NCBI GenBank assembly: GCA_046045965.1
Contig: JBJOKS010000050.1
Coordinates: 1 to 20,550, forward strand
Direction of reading: 5' to 3'
Origin: Cyanobacteriota bacterium
Lineage (GTDB): Bacteria; Cyanobacteriota; Cyanobacteriia; Cyanobacteriales; Nostocaceae
Length of the DNA stretch: 20,550 nucleotides
Numbering within the stretch: position 1 is the stretch's first letter; each line of letters begins with the position of its first letter. The notes under the pieces were generated by a model. The model ran no database searches, was not told the origin of the DNA, and saw nothing but the letters and a program-made list of their open reading frames with translations. This document shows, piece after piece, positions 1 through 8,480 of this stretch. Made by a program: the position numbers and the translations under genes.

Positions 1-1011
1 GTTAGTTTTTCCCAATACTTGTTGAGTGTTTTCCTCTATGGTTTTCACTAGCTTGGTAACATCATCAGGAATTTTCACTGCTTGGGTGGGTGGGATAGCC
101 GCAGGCCAAACTTTCAGCAGTTCTGCTAAAGCTGTATCTATGGCTTTGTGTGCTTCGGGACTTTCTTGAGCCATTTGGCTAGAAATTTGTTTATATAGCT
201 CATGAGAATAGACTACAAAGCCACGGGAGTCTTGATATTCTATGGGTTCGGTAATTTTCCCATTTGCTACTGCTGCACCATATTCTGCGTTGGCTGCATC
301 TAGTAACCCATTAATTACCTGTAGCACAAATTCTGGTTTTGAACGTTGCTCGGCTGGTAAGGCGGCGATCGCACCATCAATAGCTTGCACAGAAGTGGTA
401 AAATTAGTTTTGATTTTGGTGTCTTTAGGATTAGATTTAACTAAATCAGTCAAACTCACTAAATCGCTTTTAAATTCTTTGACTTTCCGTTCATTTAGTT
501 GCTCTTCAATATCAACATAAATCTCTTCAACAGGATGCCCAATATGGGGTTCTGCTTGTTTGGGTTGATTTATATCTAGGAGTTCTTTTGCTACTAAAAG
601 ATGTCCTTTCATTAATCCCAATTTTGTCATGTAGTCAACATCTTTAGCCTCACCAGTGAGTACCACTTCCTGCACTGTTACCATATCTTTAATTTGGTCA
701 AACTGCTGCTGAGTAATGACTTTTTTTGTCACTAAATCTTCTGGAGAACTGTATGGACGACTGGCTTGAATTTTGTTAGATAAAGCCGGCACACCTAGTT
801 GAGCTTCAAATTTATCCAACTCGGACAAAATAGCACTATTAATATTAATTTTGGCTTTGCTACCGTGACTACTATGAGTGCTAGTTTCTGTAATTTTTCC
901 TGTACTTGGTGTTGCTTGAATGTCGGCTGATGGTATTTTTTCACTGCAAGAACTCAGGGAAATAATGGCACAAGCAGCAACAGATAATAATATGTAACGA
1001 GATTTGATCAT
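1..1011 (-). CDS. Lipoprotein with a helix-hairpin-helix (PsbU/ComEA-like) domain plus a helical C-terminal domain; runs off the window edge; not in the ORF track
   Basis: Hand translation from ATG at 1011 (AAGGAG RBS just upstream): MIKSRYILLSVAACAIISLSSCSEK (lipobox LSSC), KININSAILSELDKF...KIQASRPYSSPEDLV (HhH-like), GHLLVAKEL, HIGHPVEEIY, IEYQDSRGFV, and still open at base 1 (...KTIEENTQQVLGKTN). Confidence 0.85.
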   Translation of the reverse strand, partial: MIKSRYILLSVAACAIISLSSCSEKIPSADIQATPSTGKITETSTHSSHGSKAKININSAILSELDKFEAQLGVPALSNKIQASRPYSSPEDLVTKKVITQQQFDQIKDMVTVQEVVLTGEAKDVDYMTKLGLMKGHLLVAKELLDINQPKQAEPHIGHPVEEIYVDIEEQLNERKVKEFKSDLVSLTDLVKSNPKDTKIKTNFTTSVQAIDGAIAALPAEQRSKPEFVLQVINGLLDAANAEYGAAVANGKITEPIEYQDSRGFVVYSHELYKQISSQMAQESPEAHKAIDTALAELLKVWPAAIPPTQAVKIPDDVTKLVKTIEENTQQVLGKTN

Positions 1012-1111
1012 TTTTGCTCCTTAACTGGGGACTGAGTGCAAGTTTTTCGGCTGTGCATTCTCAAAATTGCTAATTTACTCAAACAAATACAAAAGATTCT
1101 TAACTAGATAA

Positions 1112-1132
1112 AATATTATTAAAAATAATATT
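1112..1132. promoter_or_regulatory. Perfect 9-3-9 AT-rich inverted repeat; possible operator or weak hairpin between the multicopper oxidase and lipoprotein genes
   Basis: AATATTATT-AAA-AATAATATT is seen directly. Function is inferred, and the AT richness lowers its significance. Confidence 0.3.
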
Positions 1133-1159
1133 AATAGTCAGCTAAATTTAAAACTCAGG

Positions 1160-2185
1160 TCAGGTTGACTTTACAGGTGTTCCCAGGTCTTTTGCGGCTA
1201 TAACTTCAAATTGACCCATACATCCGTTTTCAGCGATCGCATCCTGATGGGGATGAAACATATACTTACCCGGATAACGAAACGCAAATTCTAAAATGTG
1301 CCTTTCTGCTACACCCATTGTTAAAACATCTGTCTTTTCACTGGGAGTCATCGTCATCCCTGAACGATAAACATCAAAAAAGTTGGCGTGTAAATGGAAG
1401 GTGACAGCAGGATCAAATTCAATAATATTGAGAACATAAGCTCTAATTAATTGATTTTGGTAAATATGAATGGGATGGTGCATATAATGATGAGGTAAAC
1501 CGTTAAATGCGTAATACTCATTTTTGTTATCATCATTTATGTCATATCCAGACATAATTAAAACAATTTCATCTGCTGGGGGACGGGGTTTAGGAGGGTC
1601 AATAATAAACATTCCATACAAACCCTTAGCAATGTGACGGGTAACTGGTTCAATATGACAGTGATACAAGTGAACGCCATAGGGTTCAGCATCAAATTCA
1701 TATATAGTTGCTTTACCGTTACTAATTGGACGCACTCCATCCATATCTGCGGGATGGACTCCATGAAAATGCAAAGAATGGGAATGTCCTGCTTTATTGA
1801 GAAATAATACTCGTATCTTTTCCCCAGCTTTGGCCCGTAACGTTGGACCCGGGATACGCCCATTTAAATCCCAAATATTGTAAGATACAGCACTATTAAT
1901 TTGAATTGTCGAAGTATCAGCAGTTAACTGAAATTCTCGAATAGTACGGCCATTTTCCTGCTTAAGTGTTCCATAATCGAAATTGCGTAACACTTGCATG
2001 GGGTTGACAGCATTCTCAGATGCGTCCATTTCCATTGGTGGCACTCTAACTATGTCATGATGTTTTTCATTCATTATCTGCCAAAGTGCAGCAGCACCAA
2101 TAGTACCACCAGCAGCTATACCCATTTTGAGCAGTTGACGGCGATTCCAAAATTTATTTTTACTGGAGGTAAAGTTGTCAGACAT
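1160..2185 (-). CDS. Tat-exported two-domain multicopper oxidase (small-laccase type, T1 Cu in domain 1)
   Basis: Twin-arginine signal WNRRQLLK; Cu motifs HSLHFHG, YHCH...HIAKGL, FHLH and FHPH. ATG at 2185 preferred over the GTG at 2206. Confidence 0.9.
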   Translation of the reverse strand: MSDNFTSSKNKFWNRRQLLKMGIAAGGTIGAAALWQIMNEKHHDIVRVPPMEMDASENAVNPMQVLRNFDYGTLKQENGRTIREFQLTADTSTIQINSAVSYNIWDLNGRIPGPTLRAKAGEKIRVLFLNKAGHSHSLHFHGVHPADMDGVRPISNGKATIYEFDAEPYGVHLYHCHIEPVTRHIAKGLYGMFIIDPPKPRPPADEIVLIMSGYDINDDNKNEYYAFNGLPHHYMHHPIHIYQNQLIRAYVLNIIEFDPAVTFHLHANFFDVYRSGMTMTPSEKTDVLTMGVAERHILEFAFRYPGKYMFHPHQDAIAENGCMGQFEVIAAKDLGTPVKST

Positions 2186-2217
2186 GAAATTAATTAGGGC
2201 AAGCACATCAAGGAAAA

Positions 2218-2275
2218 TTAGGAATTATTTGCAATTTCCTCTGTGTATACTATAGGAATTAAGAATTATTGTCAA
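2218..2275 (-). promoter_or_regulatory. Sigma70-type promoter of the multicopper oxidase gene with two Fur-like 17-bp boxes
   Basis: Minus strand reads TTGACA (2275-2270), 17-nt spacer, TAGTAT. Box TTGACAATAATTCTTAA (2259-2275) overlaps the -35 and box TTGCAAATAATTCCTAA (2218-2234) lies downstream of the -10. Confidence 0.6.
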
Positions 2276-2425
2276 CAAGCATGGAAACTATCGAGAAACA
2301 CTGGGAATAGGTGACAGTAAACACGGGGTTACTACCTGCTTCAAAGTGTCTAAACTTTGTAAATCCTCCTATATTCTCTGAAGTTTTTAATTTATCAATA
2401 GTGAAGAAAAATATAGTTTTGTGAT

Positions 2426-2933
2426 TTATACGCAACAACCACTTCTTTTGCAGTATTCCTGAGCTTCCCATTCTAAAGTCTCAATATCCCTTCTCCATCG
2501 TTCAAGTCTGTATGATCGTTTTCGCAAGTTCTCTGTTGTAGGTTGTGTGGGAGTATTGCTATTTAAATTGGGTATAATTCCCTTATTTTGTAACCAATAG
2601 TAGGAAAATACCTGCCAAAGATATTCATGATCGTGTTTTTCACCACCTAAACAACGAATACATTTTACTGAAAGCTGAGATTGATTAAAAAGGATTTGCT
2701 GATTTTTATTATTATTTGCTAAAAGGCGTGTTTCACTACCTTTTCCTCTAAAAAATTCTACTACTATCCAATCACCAAAATCAAATATACAAACTTCTGT
2801 AGGATCACTATCGTCATCTTTTAAAACATCAATATCTCCGTTTAGCTGATTACCAAGAATTTGTAATGAAGATTCAGGTAAGAGAATCCTAATTTTTTCA
2901 AATCTGTTGCTGTATTCACTCCAAAAATCTCGT
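2426..2933 (-). pseudogene. zorC: C-terminal fragment of an EH-signature (ZorC-like) protein, fused in frame to the zorA remnant
   Basis: RDFWSEYSNRF...CIFDFGDWIVVEFF...HDHEYLWQ matches the R-x-x-FW-x-x-Y / VEF / H-x-x-x-WQ pattern of the EH_Signature domain. The N-terminal part of the gene is absent. Junction position is approximate. Confidence 0.7.
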
Positions 2934-4077
2934 TCTATTTCTGCTCTTTCATGTAATGCTATTTGCAATTCTTCTCGAATACCCCGGAAAGTAGCAGCAG
3001 CTTGTTCTGCACTAGCTTCAAACGCAGTTCTTTGGCTTGTCATTCCTTGAATACTTTGATCTACTGCTCGGTTAATTTCATCTGCTGTCTGTTGTAAAAC
3101 TCCTCTAGTATCTGTTTGAAATTGAGTTAAAGTCTGTCCCAAATGATTAGCAAATCCTTGAAGTTCTTGCAATGTTTTTTTTTGAAAGTTCTGAATAGTC
3201 AAGATTGAATTTGCCAAACTTTGAGAAATTCCACCTAATTCTCTATGTAGAGTTTGTACCGCTTCTGATGCTTCTTTAGTTAAAGCTGCACTTTCATTTA
3301 GTCGATCTGCAATAGGTTCAATTACAAATCTTGAATCAGTTTTTCTAAAACTCTCTGTCCCTGATTTTCTTGTAGTTCTCTAAGTTTTTGCTGTTATTGA
3401 AATATACCTTTTAAACCTGGCATTATTACCCGTTGCATTTGTTGTCCTACAGCTTCACCAATAGCTTGACTTGATAACTGATTTAATCCTGCAAATTGTG
3501 ATGATATACTTCGACCTACCGCTTCACCAATACTTTCTGCACTCAGTTGATTTAAACCTGTTAATTTATCTGCTACCAAACTCAATGATTCAGAGGCTTT
3601 TTGGTTAGCATTGTCTACTGTTTCTAAAATAGCGATCGCTTTCAAATTTTGACGCAAACTATCACGTCTTTGTTGTCGCAGAGAATCACCTGCAAATAAA
3701 ATTAATGTAAACAAACTACCAGATCCCAGACCCATCAAGGAAGTAGAAAATGCTGTTTTCATTCCCACTAATAGATCCTTACTAGAAGCCATTAGTTGTT
3801 CGGATGTTGTGGTATCAAGATTAATTCCTTGTAGTCCAGCTTGAATACCATAAAATGTTCCCAAAACCCCAATAGCAGTACATAAAGTTGTTACAAATCT
3901 TAGGGAACTACGAGGAATGGGACGAGATAAGATAGATGGATATTTTGTTAGTATAAAATGCCCATCTTGTTTTTGAATTTTTTCGTGATTATCAATTCCA
4001 AAATACCTCTTTAAATCAGCAATACTCTTGTCTGTGAGTTTTGGTTTTGGAGTATTTGGTTTAGGTTTATCTAAATC
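2934..4077 (-). pseudogene. zorA: Degraded zorA-like gene (MotA/TolQ/ExbB-type TM pair plus long helical tail)
   Basis: Frame is open from 4077 with no ATG before the TM region: YPSILSRPIPRSSLRFVTTLCTAIGVLGTFYGIQAGL...LLVGMKTAFSTSLMGL. Premature TAA at 3394-3396 (reading continues QQKLRELQENQGQRVLEKLIQDL). Frameshift near 3325 into the frame of ORF 2426-3217 (VIEPIADRLNESAALTKEASEAV...). Confidence 0.8.
3452..3560 (-). repeat. 69-bp-period (23-aa) internal duplication in the ZorA tail
   Basis: GLNQLSAESIGEAVG and GLNQLSSQAIGEAVG; gcttcaccaata occurs at 3452 and 3521. Confidence 0.8.
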
Positions 4078-4713
4078 TCACTGGCTACTTTCCAAGCGTG
4101 GTTAACCGCTACAATTTCTCTGACAAGATGTGTACGTTTGTTATTGAGTGCATTAACAATTGTGGCAATTGTCACTTTATTATTTATCAATATAACTGCG
4201 GAAGTTGCGGAAGCTCATGGTAGTGGACATGATCACAAAACCGAAAATATTGCCCCATCAGTTCAAAAAAATCAAGGATTGGAAATTAAAGTTTTAGGAG
4301 ATAAAAACGCGACTGTTGGAAAACTTGCTAATTTAGCGGTTGAGGTGAAGAATAGCAATACAGGGGAAGCAATTAAAGATGCAGTTTTAAAAGTACAAAC
4401 TATCGCTTTAGAAGATGATTTAACAGTATTTGCTTATCAAGGATTTCCTAATCCAGAAGGTAAGTTAATATGGCAAGAACAATTTTTTGATGTCGCTCCG
4501 CATAAAGTTGAGATAGAAGCTACTCCTTTACCAAATTCTCCACGTCAATTTTCACCTATAAAGGTAGCACAATTAGTAGAAGTTGAGGGCATAGCACCAC
4601 CAATGTCTACAAGGTTGATTAGTTTATTTTACTTTACGGCAATTGTTGGTATGGGGATGACAATTGGATTGTTAATACAGCAGCGCAGACAACCACAGTC
4701 AAAGGTAAATTAA
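4075..4713 (+). pseudogene. Probably 5'-truncated membrane protein with a His-rich linker, a periplasmic beta-type domain and a C-terminal TM anchor
   Basis: Frame is open from 4075 (ISLATFQAWLTATISLTRCVRLLLSALTIV...), upstream of the TTG at 4138. No ATG, RBS or promoter space; it abuts the zorA frame. Contains AHGSGHDH and a terminal hydrophobic helix. Confidence 0.55.
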
Positions 4714-4760
4714 GTAAATTTAAAAGTTACTAAAAGTTACATTTTAGTCCTGGGGTAATT

Positions 4761-5023
4761 TTGACGTGAAATCTATGCTGAAACAGGATTATGCCATTTT
4801 TTTGTATCCTGTTTTTGCGAAATCCCAATACATACTTGGCACGGTTGCAACTTGCGTGTTTTGCCAAAAAGTTATACACTGCTGAAGAGAATATTTAAAA
4901 AGTCATAAATTTTACTCAAAACTCTCTCTGTTAACTTTCTAGGGAAGTGAAGAGGATTGATTGGCTTTGCTTACTGGATGCTTAAGTCCTAATCTAAAAA
5001 TCTTTTCTTGGGTTTCACGTCAA
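4761..5023. repeat. Segment bounded by a perfect 11-bp inverted repeat; contains a hairpin and a degenerate TGCGTAAGTCCTA-type dispersed repeat
   Basis: TTGACGTGAAA at 4761-4771 and TTTCACGTCAA at 5013-5023; AAACAGGAT...ATCCTGTTT at about 4781-4815; TGCTTAAGTCCTA at about 4979-4991. Confidence 0.35.
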
Positions 5024-5051
5024 TTTATCGGGTTAATTTGTAGGTTTGAGA

Positions 5052-5789
5052 ATGCAATCATTACATCTATCACTGTCTCGGAGATTACTGTATCGAATGA
5101 GTAACCAGCTTTTTAACCTAGTGGGAAAATTGCTGGTGAAAGAATGGGATAAACGATTATTAGGATTGGCTAAACTTCCTATTAAATCAGTGATTGATAT
5201 TGGTGCTAATGAAGGTCAATTTGCTCGACGAATAACGAAGATTTTTCCTCAATCTCATATTTATGCTTTTGAACCTTTAACAGTTCCTTTTCAACAGTTA
5301 GAAAAATGGGCAAATCACCATCCTAAAAAAATTACTGCTTTTAATCTAGCTTTAGGAGATAGCATTCAACCGATTGAAATTTACAGTCATTTATATTTTA
5401 ATCCCTCATCTTCTATTTTGCGGACAACGCAACTTTGCGAAACTGTTTATCCAATGGTGAAAGAACAGGAAAAAATCCTGATTGAACAATCTACTTTAGA
5501 TGAAATGCTGGGCAAGTTTTCCTTTCCCTTGCAAGAACCGATTCTGATTAAATTGGATGTTCAAGGTTATGAAAATCGGGTGATTAAAGGTGGACTGGAA
5601 ACCTTTAAAAAAAGCGCAGCTTGTATTGTGGAAATTTCTTTAGATCAACTTTACGAAGGTCAGGCGCAATTTAGAGAAGTTTTTACTTTATTAGATCATT
5701 TAGGTTATACTTACGCCGGCAATCTTGATCAAGTCTTGGGGAAAGATGGTCATGTTCGTTATTTTAATGCTGTCTTTATTAAAGAGTAG
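5052..5789 (+). CDS. FkbM-family SAM-dependent methyltransferase
   Basis: VIDIGANEGQF, YAFEP, LIKLDVQGYE motifs. ATG at 5052 chosen (alternatives TTG 5046, ATG 5097). Confidence 0.9.
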   Translation: MQSLHLSLSRRLLYRMSNQLFNLVGKLLVKEWDKRLLGLAKLPIKSVIDIGANEGQFARRITKIFPQSHIYAFEPLTVPFQQLEKWANHHPKKITAFNLALGDSIQPIEIYSHLYFNPSSSILRTTQLCETVYPMVKEQEKILIEQSTLDEMLGKFSFPLQEPILIKLDVQGYENRVIKGGLETFKKSAACIVEISLDQLYEGQAQFREVFTLLDHLGYTYAGNLDQVLGKDGHVRYFNAVFIKE

Positions 5790-5812
5790 TCTTTTAAGGG
5801 AATTGAAAAAAT

Positions 5813-6634
5813 ATGCGTGTTGAAGCTTGTTGTCAATCATTATTAGCAGAAATCATCTCCGAAATCGATCCCCAAAAAGAAGGATTTTGTATTGATGTTG
5901 GTGTCGGAACTTTTGCTTTTTATTGTGAAGTATTTGCTAAATTAGGTTATCATACCATTGCCGTTGAACCCCTGCCGGTTAAAAAGTTAAAACAAATTAC
6001 CGATGTCTATCCTATTCAACTCATTGAAAGTTGTCTATCAAATTTAGATGGGAAACAGCTTCTTTATTTGGGAAATTTTGCCGGGTTATTTAATAGCAAT
6101 TTTAGTTCTCTTTCTCCTGACTGGTTTGGATCTTCTCAAAAAACCAAGGAAGTGCAATCTATAACTTTAACGACTTTGTTAGAGAAAATAAAAGCTACGA
6201 AAATTACTTGTTTGAAACTGGATATTGAAGGTTGGGAATTTAATGTTATTGAGCAATTACCACACATTTCTACCGCCTTACTTCCCAAGGTAATTATGTT
6301 TGAGTATGGCGGAGGAGTTAATAAAAATCAAGGTAAAAAAGGTTGGTCAAAGGAATTTCTAGAAAAAACCTGGAAATGTCTAGGAATTCTGCAAAAGTGT
6401 GGTTATCAATCGAGTATTATGATTGATTTTGCACCTCATAGTCAAGAAAGAGTTTTTGATCTGCAAACTTTGAATTTAGCAAATGATCAATTATTTAATA
6501 AACAGTCAGTTTATGGGAATATTATTACCCTCAGAAATGACTCTATTTCCGAAGCAAAAATCCACTCCGTTTGTCAGTCTTATTATCATTCTTCCCTGAT
6601 CGATATCTTGGTTAATACCTTGGTTTCTCGATAG
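5813..6634 (+). CDS. FkbM-family SAM-dependent methyltransferase (second, divergent)
   Basis: CIDVGVGTF, IAVEP, CLKLDIEGWE, IMFEY motifs; 23 bp after the previous gene, so a likely operon. Confidence 0.85.
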   Translation: MRVEACCQSLLAEIISEIDPQKEGFCIDVGVGTFAFYCEVFAKLGYHTIAVEPLPVKKLKQITDVYPIQLIESCLSNLDGKQLLYLGNFAGLFNSNFSSLSPDWFGSSQKTKEVQSITLTTLLEKIKATKITCLKLDIEGWEFNVIEQLPHISTALLPKVIMFEYGGGVNKNQGKKGWSKEFLEKTWKCLGILQKCGYQSSIMIDFAPHSQERVFDLQTLNLANDQLFNKQSVYGNIITLRNDSISEAKIHSVCQSYYHSSLIDILVNTLVSR

Positions 6635-6651
6635 TTAATCACTAAATATTC

Positions 6652-6682
6652 AGATTCCCGACTTATTTACAGCCAGGAATCT
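6652..6682. repeat. Small dispersed palindrome (AGATCCCnGACTT...GGGGATCT family), degenerate copy; may act as a terminator
   Basis: AGATTCCCGACTT...GGAATCT, with further AAATATT/AATATTT flanks; related to the copies at 9993 and 12318. Confidence 0.55.
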
Positions 6683-6698
6683 TAATATTTACATAACT

Positions 6699-6715
6699 TT
6701 GCAAATAATTTACAA
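6699..6715 (+). promoter_or_regulatory. Fur-like box upstream of the ECF transporter operon
   Basis: TTGCAAATAATTTACAA shares its first 12 bp with the box at 2218-2234 (minus strand). Confidence 0.35.
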
Positions 6716-6913
6716 ATATTTATACTTTCACAAAAAACTACAAATTTGAATGTATTTTTTATTATAAATATTCCCTAATTTCCCACCAAAATATCCTCCA
6801 ATGGGGCATTGTAAAAAGAGGGGAAATTTAGTTTGCTATAAAATTGGTATCGTTTGATGTTGTAATTCTATTGCTTAAATTAGTGTAAAGAAAAAAGAAA
6901 AACAGGGATTTTC

Positions 6914-7837
6914 ATGCATATACCAGATGGATTTATTTCAGTACCAGTAGCAGCAGCTACGAGTTTAGCCAGTGGAGTAGCTTTAGTTGTTTCCTTTGGG
7001 CGATCGCAAACAGCTTTTGGTGTGCGTCGCGCTCCCCTACTAGGGTTAACCACCGCCTTTATTTTTGCCGCCCAAATGATTAATTTTCCCGTAGCTGGAG
7101 GTACTAGCGGACACTTGTGTGGCGGTGCTTTAGCGGCAATTATTTTGGGTAGTCCTTGGGCGGGAATGTTATGTATAGCAACAGTTTTAATAATTCAAGC
7201 CGTGCTATTTGCTGATGGTGGTATTACTGCCTTGGGTGCAAATATTTTCAACCTGGGAGTAATAGGTGTTTGGGTAGCTTGGGTATTAACCCAAACCTTA
7301 CAGCGACTACTGGGTGGTTCTAAAGCACGTTTACCCCTAGCAGCCGGTATAGCAGCTGGTGTGAGCGTAGTTGTAGCAGCTATAGCTTGTGCTATTCAGT
7401 TAGCCCTTTCTGGGACAGCACCAGCAAACCTAGTTTTACCCACCATGACAGGTGTACATCTTTTGATAGGTGTTGGTGAAGGAATAATTACTGGAGGTGT
7501 GCTAACCTATCTAGCTACAGCACGCCCAGATTTGTTACCCGGTGAAGAAGAGAAATTTCGCGGTTGGTTGATACCTGTCGTTAGTATTTTGCTGGTTGCG
7601 GGTGTGTTGTCTCTATTTGCTTCTGCTTGGCCAGATGGGTTAGAAAAAGCAGCAGAAAACTTGGGTTTTATCAACTTAGCCGAAGAAGTCAGAGTAATAG
7701 TACCAACACCTTTGGCTGACTATGAAATTGAGGGTTTAGGACAAATTGGTACAAGTATTACTGGGTTGGTAGGTGCTACAGCTTGCTTTGCGGTGGCTTT
7801 TGGCATTGCTAAAGTTATGAAACCTAAAAATGCTTAA
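6914..7837 (+). CDS. cbiM: Ni/Co ECF transporter S component, CbiM/NikM fused to a PDGLE (NikN-like) domain
   Basis: N-terminal MHIPDGF metal-binding motif, GTSGH, and C-terminal ASAWPDGLE...PLADY. Confidence 0.92.
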   Translation: MHIPDGFISVPVAAATSLASGVALVVSFGRSQTAFGVRRAPLLGLTTAFIFAAQMINFPVAGGTSGHLCGGALAAIILGSPWAGMLCIATVLIIQAVLFADGGITALGANIFNLGVIGVWVAWVLTQTLQRLLGGSKARLPLAAGIAAGVSVVVAAIACAIQLALSGTAPANLVLPTMTGVHLLIGVGEGIITGGVLTYLATARPDLLPGEEEKFRGWLIPVVSILLVAGVLSLFASAWPDGLEKAAENLGFINLAEEVRVIVPTPLADYEIEGLGQIGTSITGLVGATACFAVAFGIAKVMKPKNA

Positions 7838-8480
7838 CATCTCCTTGCCATTACGCTTGCAATTGTCCCTAATTATAGTGATTGGGGCAGCTTTTTTAAA
7901 GCCTCATAGTTGGTCTAATTTGCTGGTATATGGTGCGATCGCACTTTTTTGGGTATTTATATTGCGGGTTGATCTCCGCAAATTAGGGGGTTTAGTCGGT
8001 GCAGAATTAATTTTTCTATCCTTGGTAGCATTGCCCTTGGGATGGGAAAGAGCTAGTTTTTTACTGGTGCGATCGCTGATTTGTTTAATAGTCATGAACA
8101 GCTTTTTACTCACCTTACCCCCTCACAGTTTTGGCATCGCTCTCAAAGGTTTACCCCTACCTGGACCATTAAAGGAAAATTTGCTCCTAGCTGGGCAATA
8201 TCTAGAAATTTTACTTTCAGAAGTAGGAAGAATGCAGCGTAGCGCCCAATTACGCGGGCTAAATGGTGCTGGAGGATGGTTACGTTATGCCAGTGCAGCT
8301 ATGATCGGCTCTTTGTATCTTCGTACTTTAGACAGAGCAGAACGAGTTTATGGCGCAATGATCACTCGTGGTTACAATGGTCAACTACCCATAGATTCTA
8401 CCCTCAATCCAAAAGAACGTTTTACACTAATAACAGTCGGCATCACTGCTACTTGTATTACTTTGAGTTCCTATCTTTAA
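7830..8480 (+). CDS. cbiQ: Ni/Co ECF transporter T component (CbiQ/NikQ)
   Basis: Hydrophobic; two XRG coupling motifs (AQLRG, MITRG); 8-bp overlap with cbiM. Confidence 0.9.
   Translation: MLNISLPLRLQLSLIIVIGAAFLKPHSWSNLLVYGAIALFWVFILRVDLRKLGGLVGAELIFLSLVALPLGWERASFLLVRSLICLIVMNSFLLTLPPHSFGIALKGLPLPGPLKENLLLAGQYLEILLSEVGRMQRSAQLRGLNGAGGWLRYASAAMIGSLYLRTLDRAERVYGAMITRGYNGQLPIDSTLNPKERFTLITVGITATCITLSSYL

Noticed and set aside
242..520. 92-aa plus-strand ORF
   Set aside because: Antisense shadow of the real minus-strand lipoprotein gene (1-1011).
1160..2185. Copper nitrite reductase (nirK) call
   Set aside because: Four HxH pairs fit a trinuclear-cluster oxidase rather than the mononuclear type 2 site of NirK.
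1558..2197. ORFs 1558-1863 (-) and 1994-2197 (+)
   Set aside because: Alternative-frame or antisense ORFs within the multicopper oxidase; no recognisable motifs.
2259..2471. 70-aa minus-strand ORF
   Set aside because: Overlaps the zorC fragment and ends in the oxidase promoter; no recognisable family. It could be a remnant but this is unsupported.
3394..3864. Stand-alone 156-aa MotA/ExbB gene
   Set aside because: The frame extends upstream of the TTG and coding-like sequence continues past the TAA, so it is one piece of a broken zorA.
6635..6913. Cobalamin riboswitch before cbiM
   Set aside because: No B12-box-like conserved elements visible; region is very AT-rich. An Rfam scan would be decisive.
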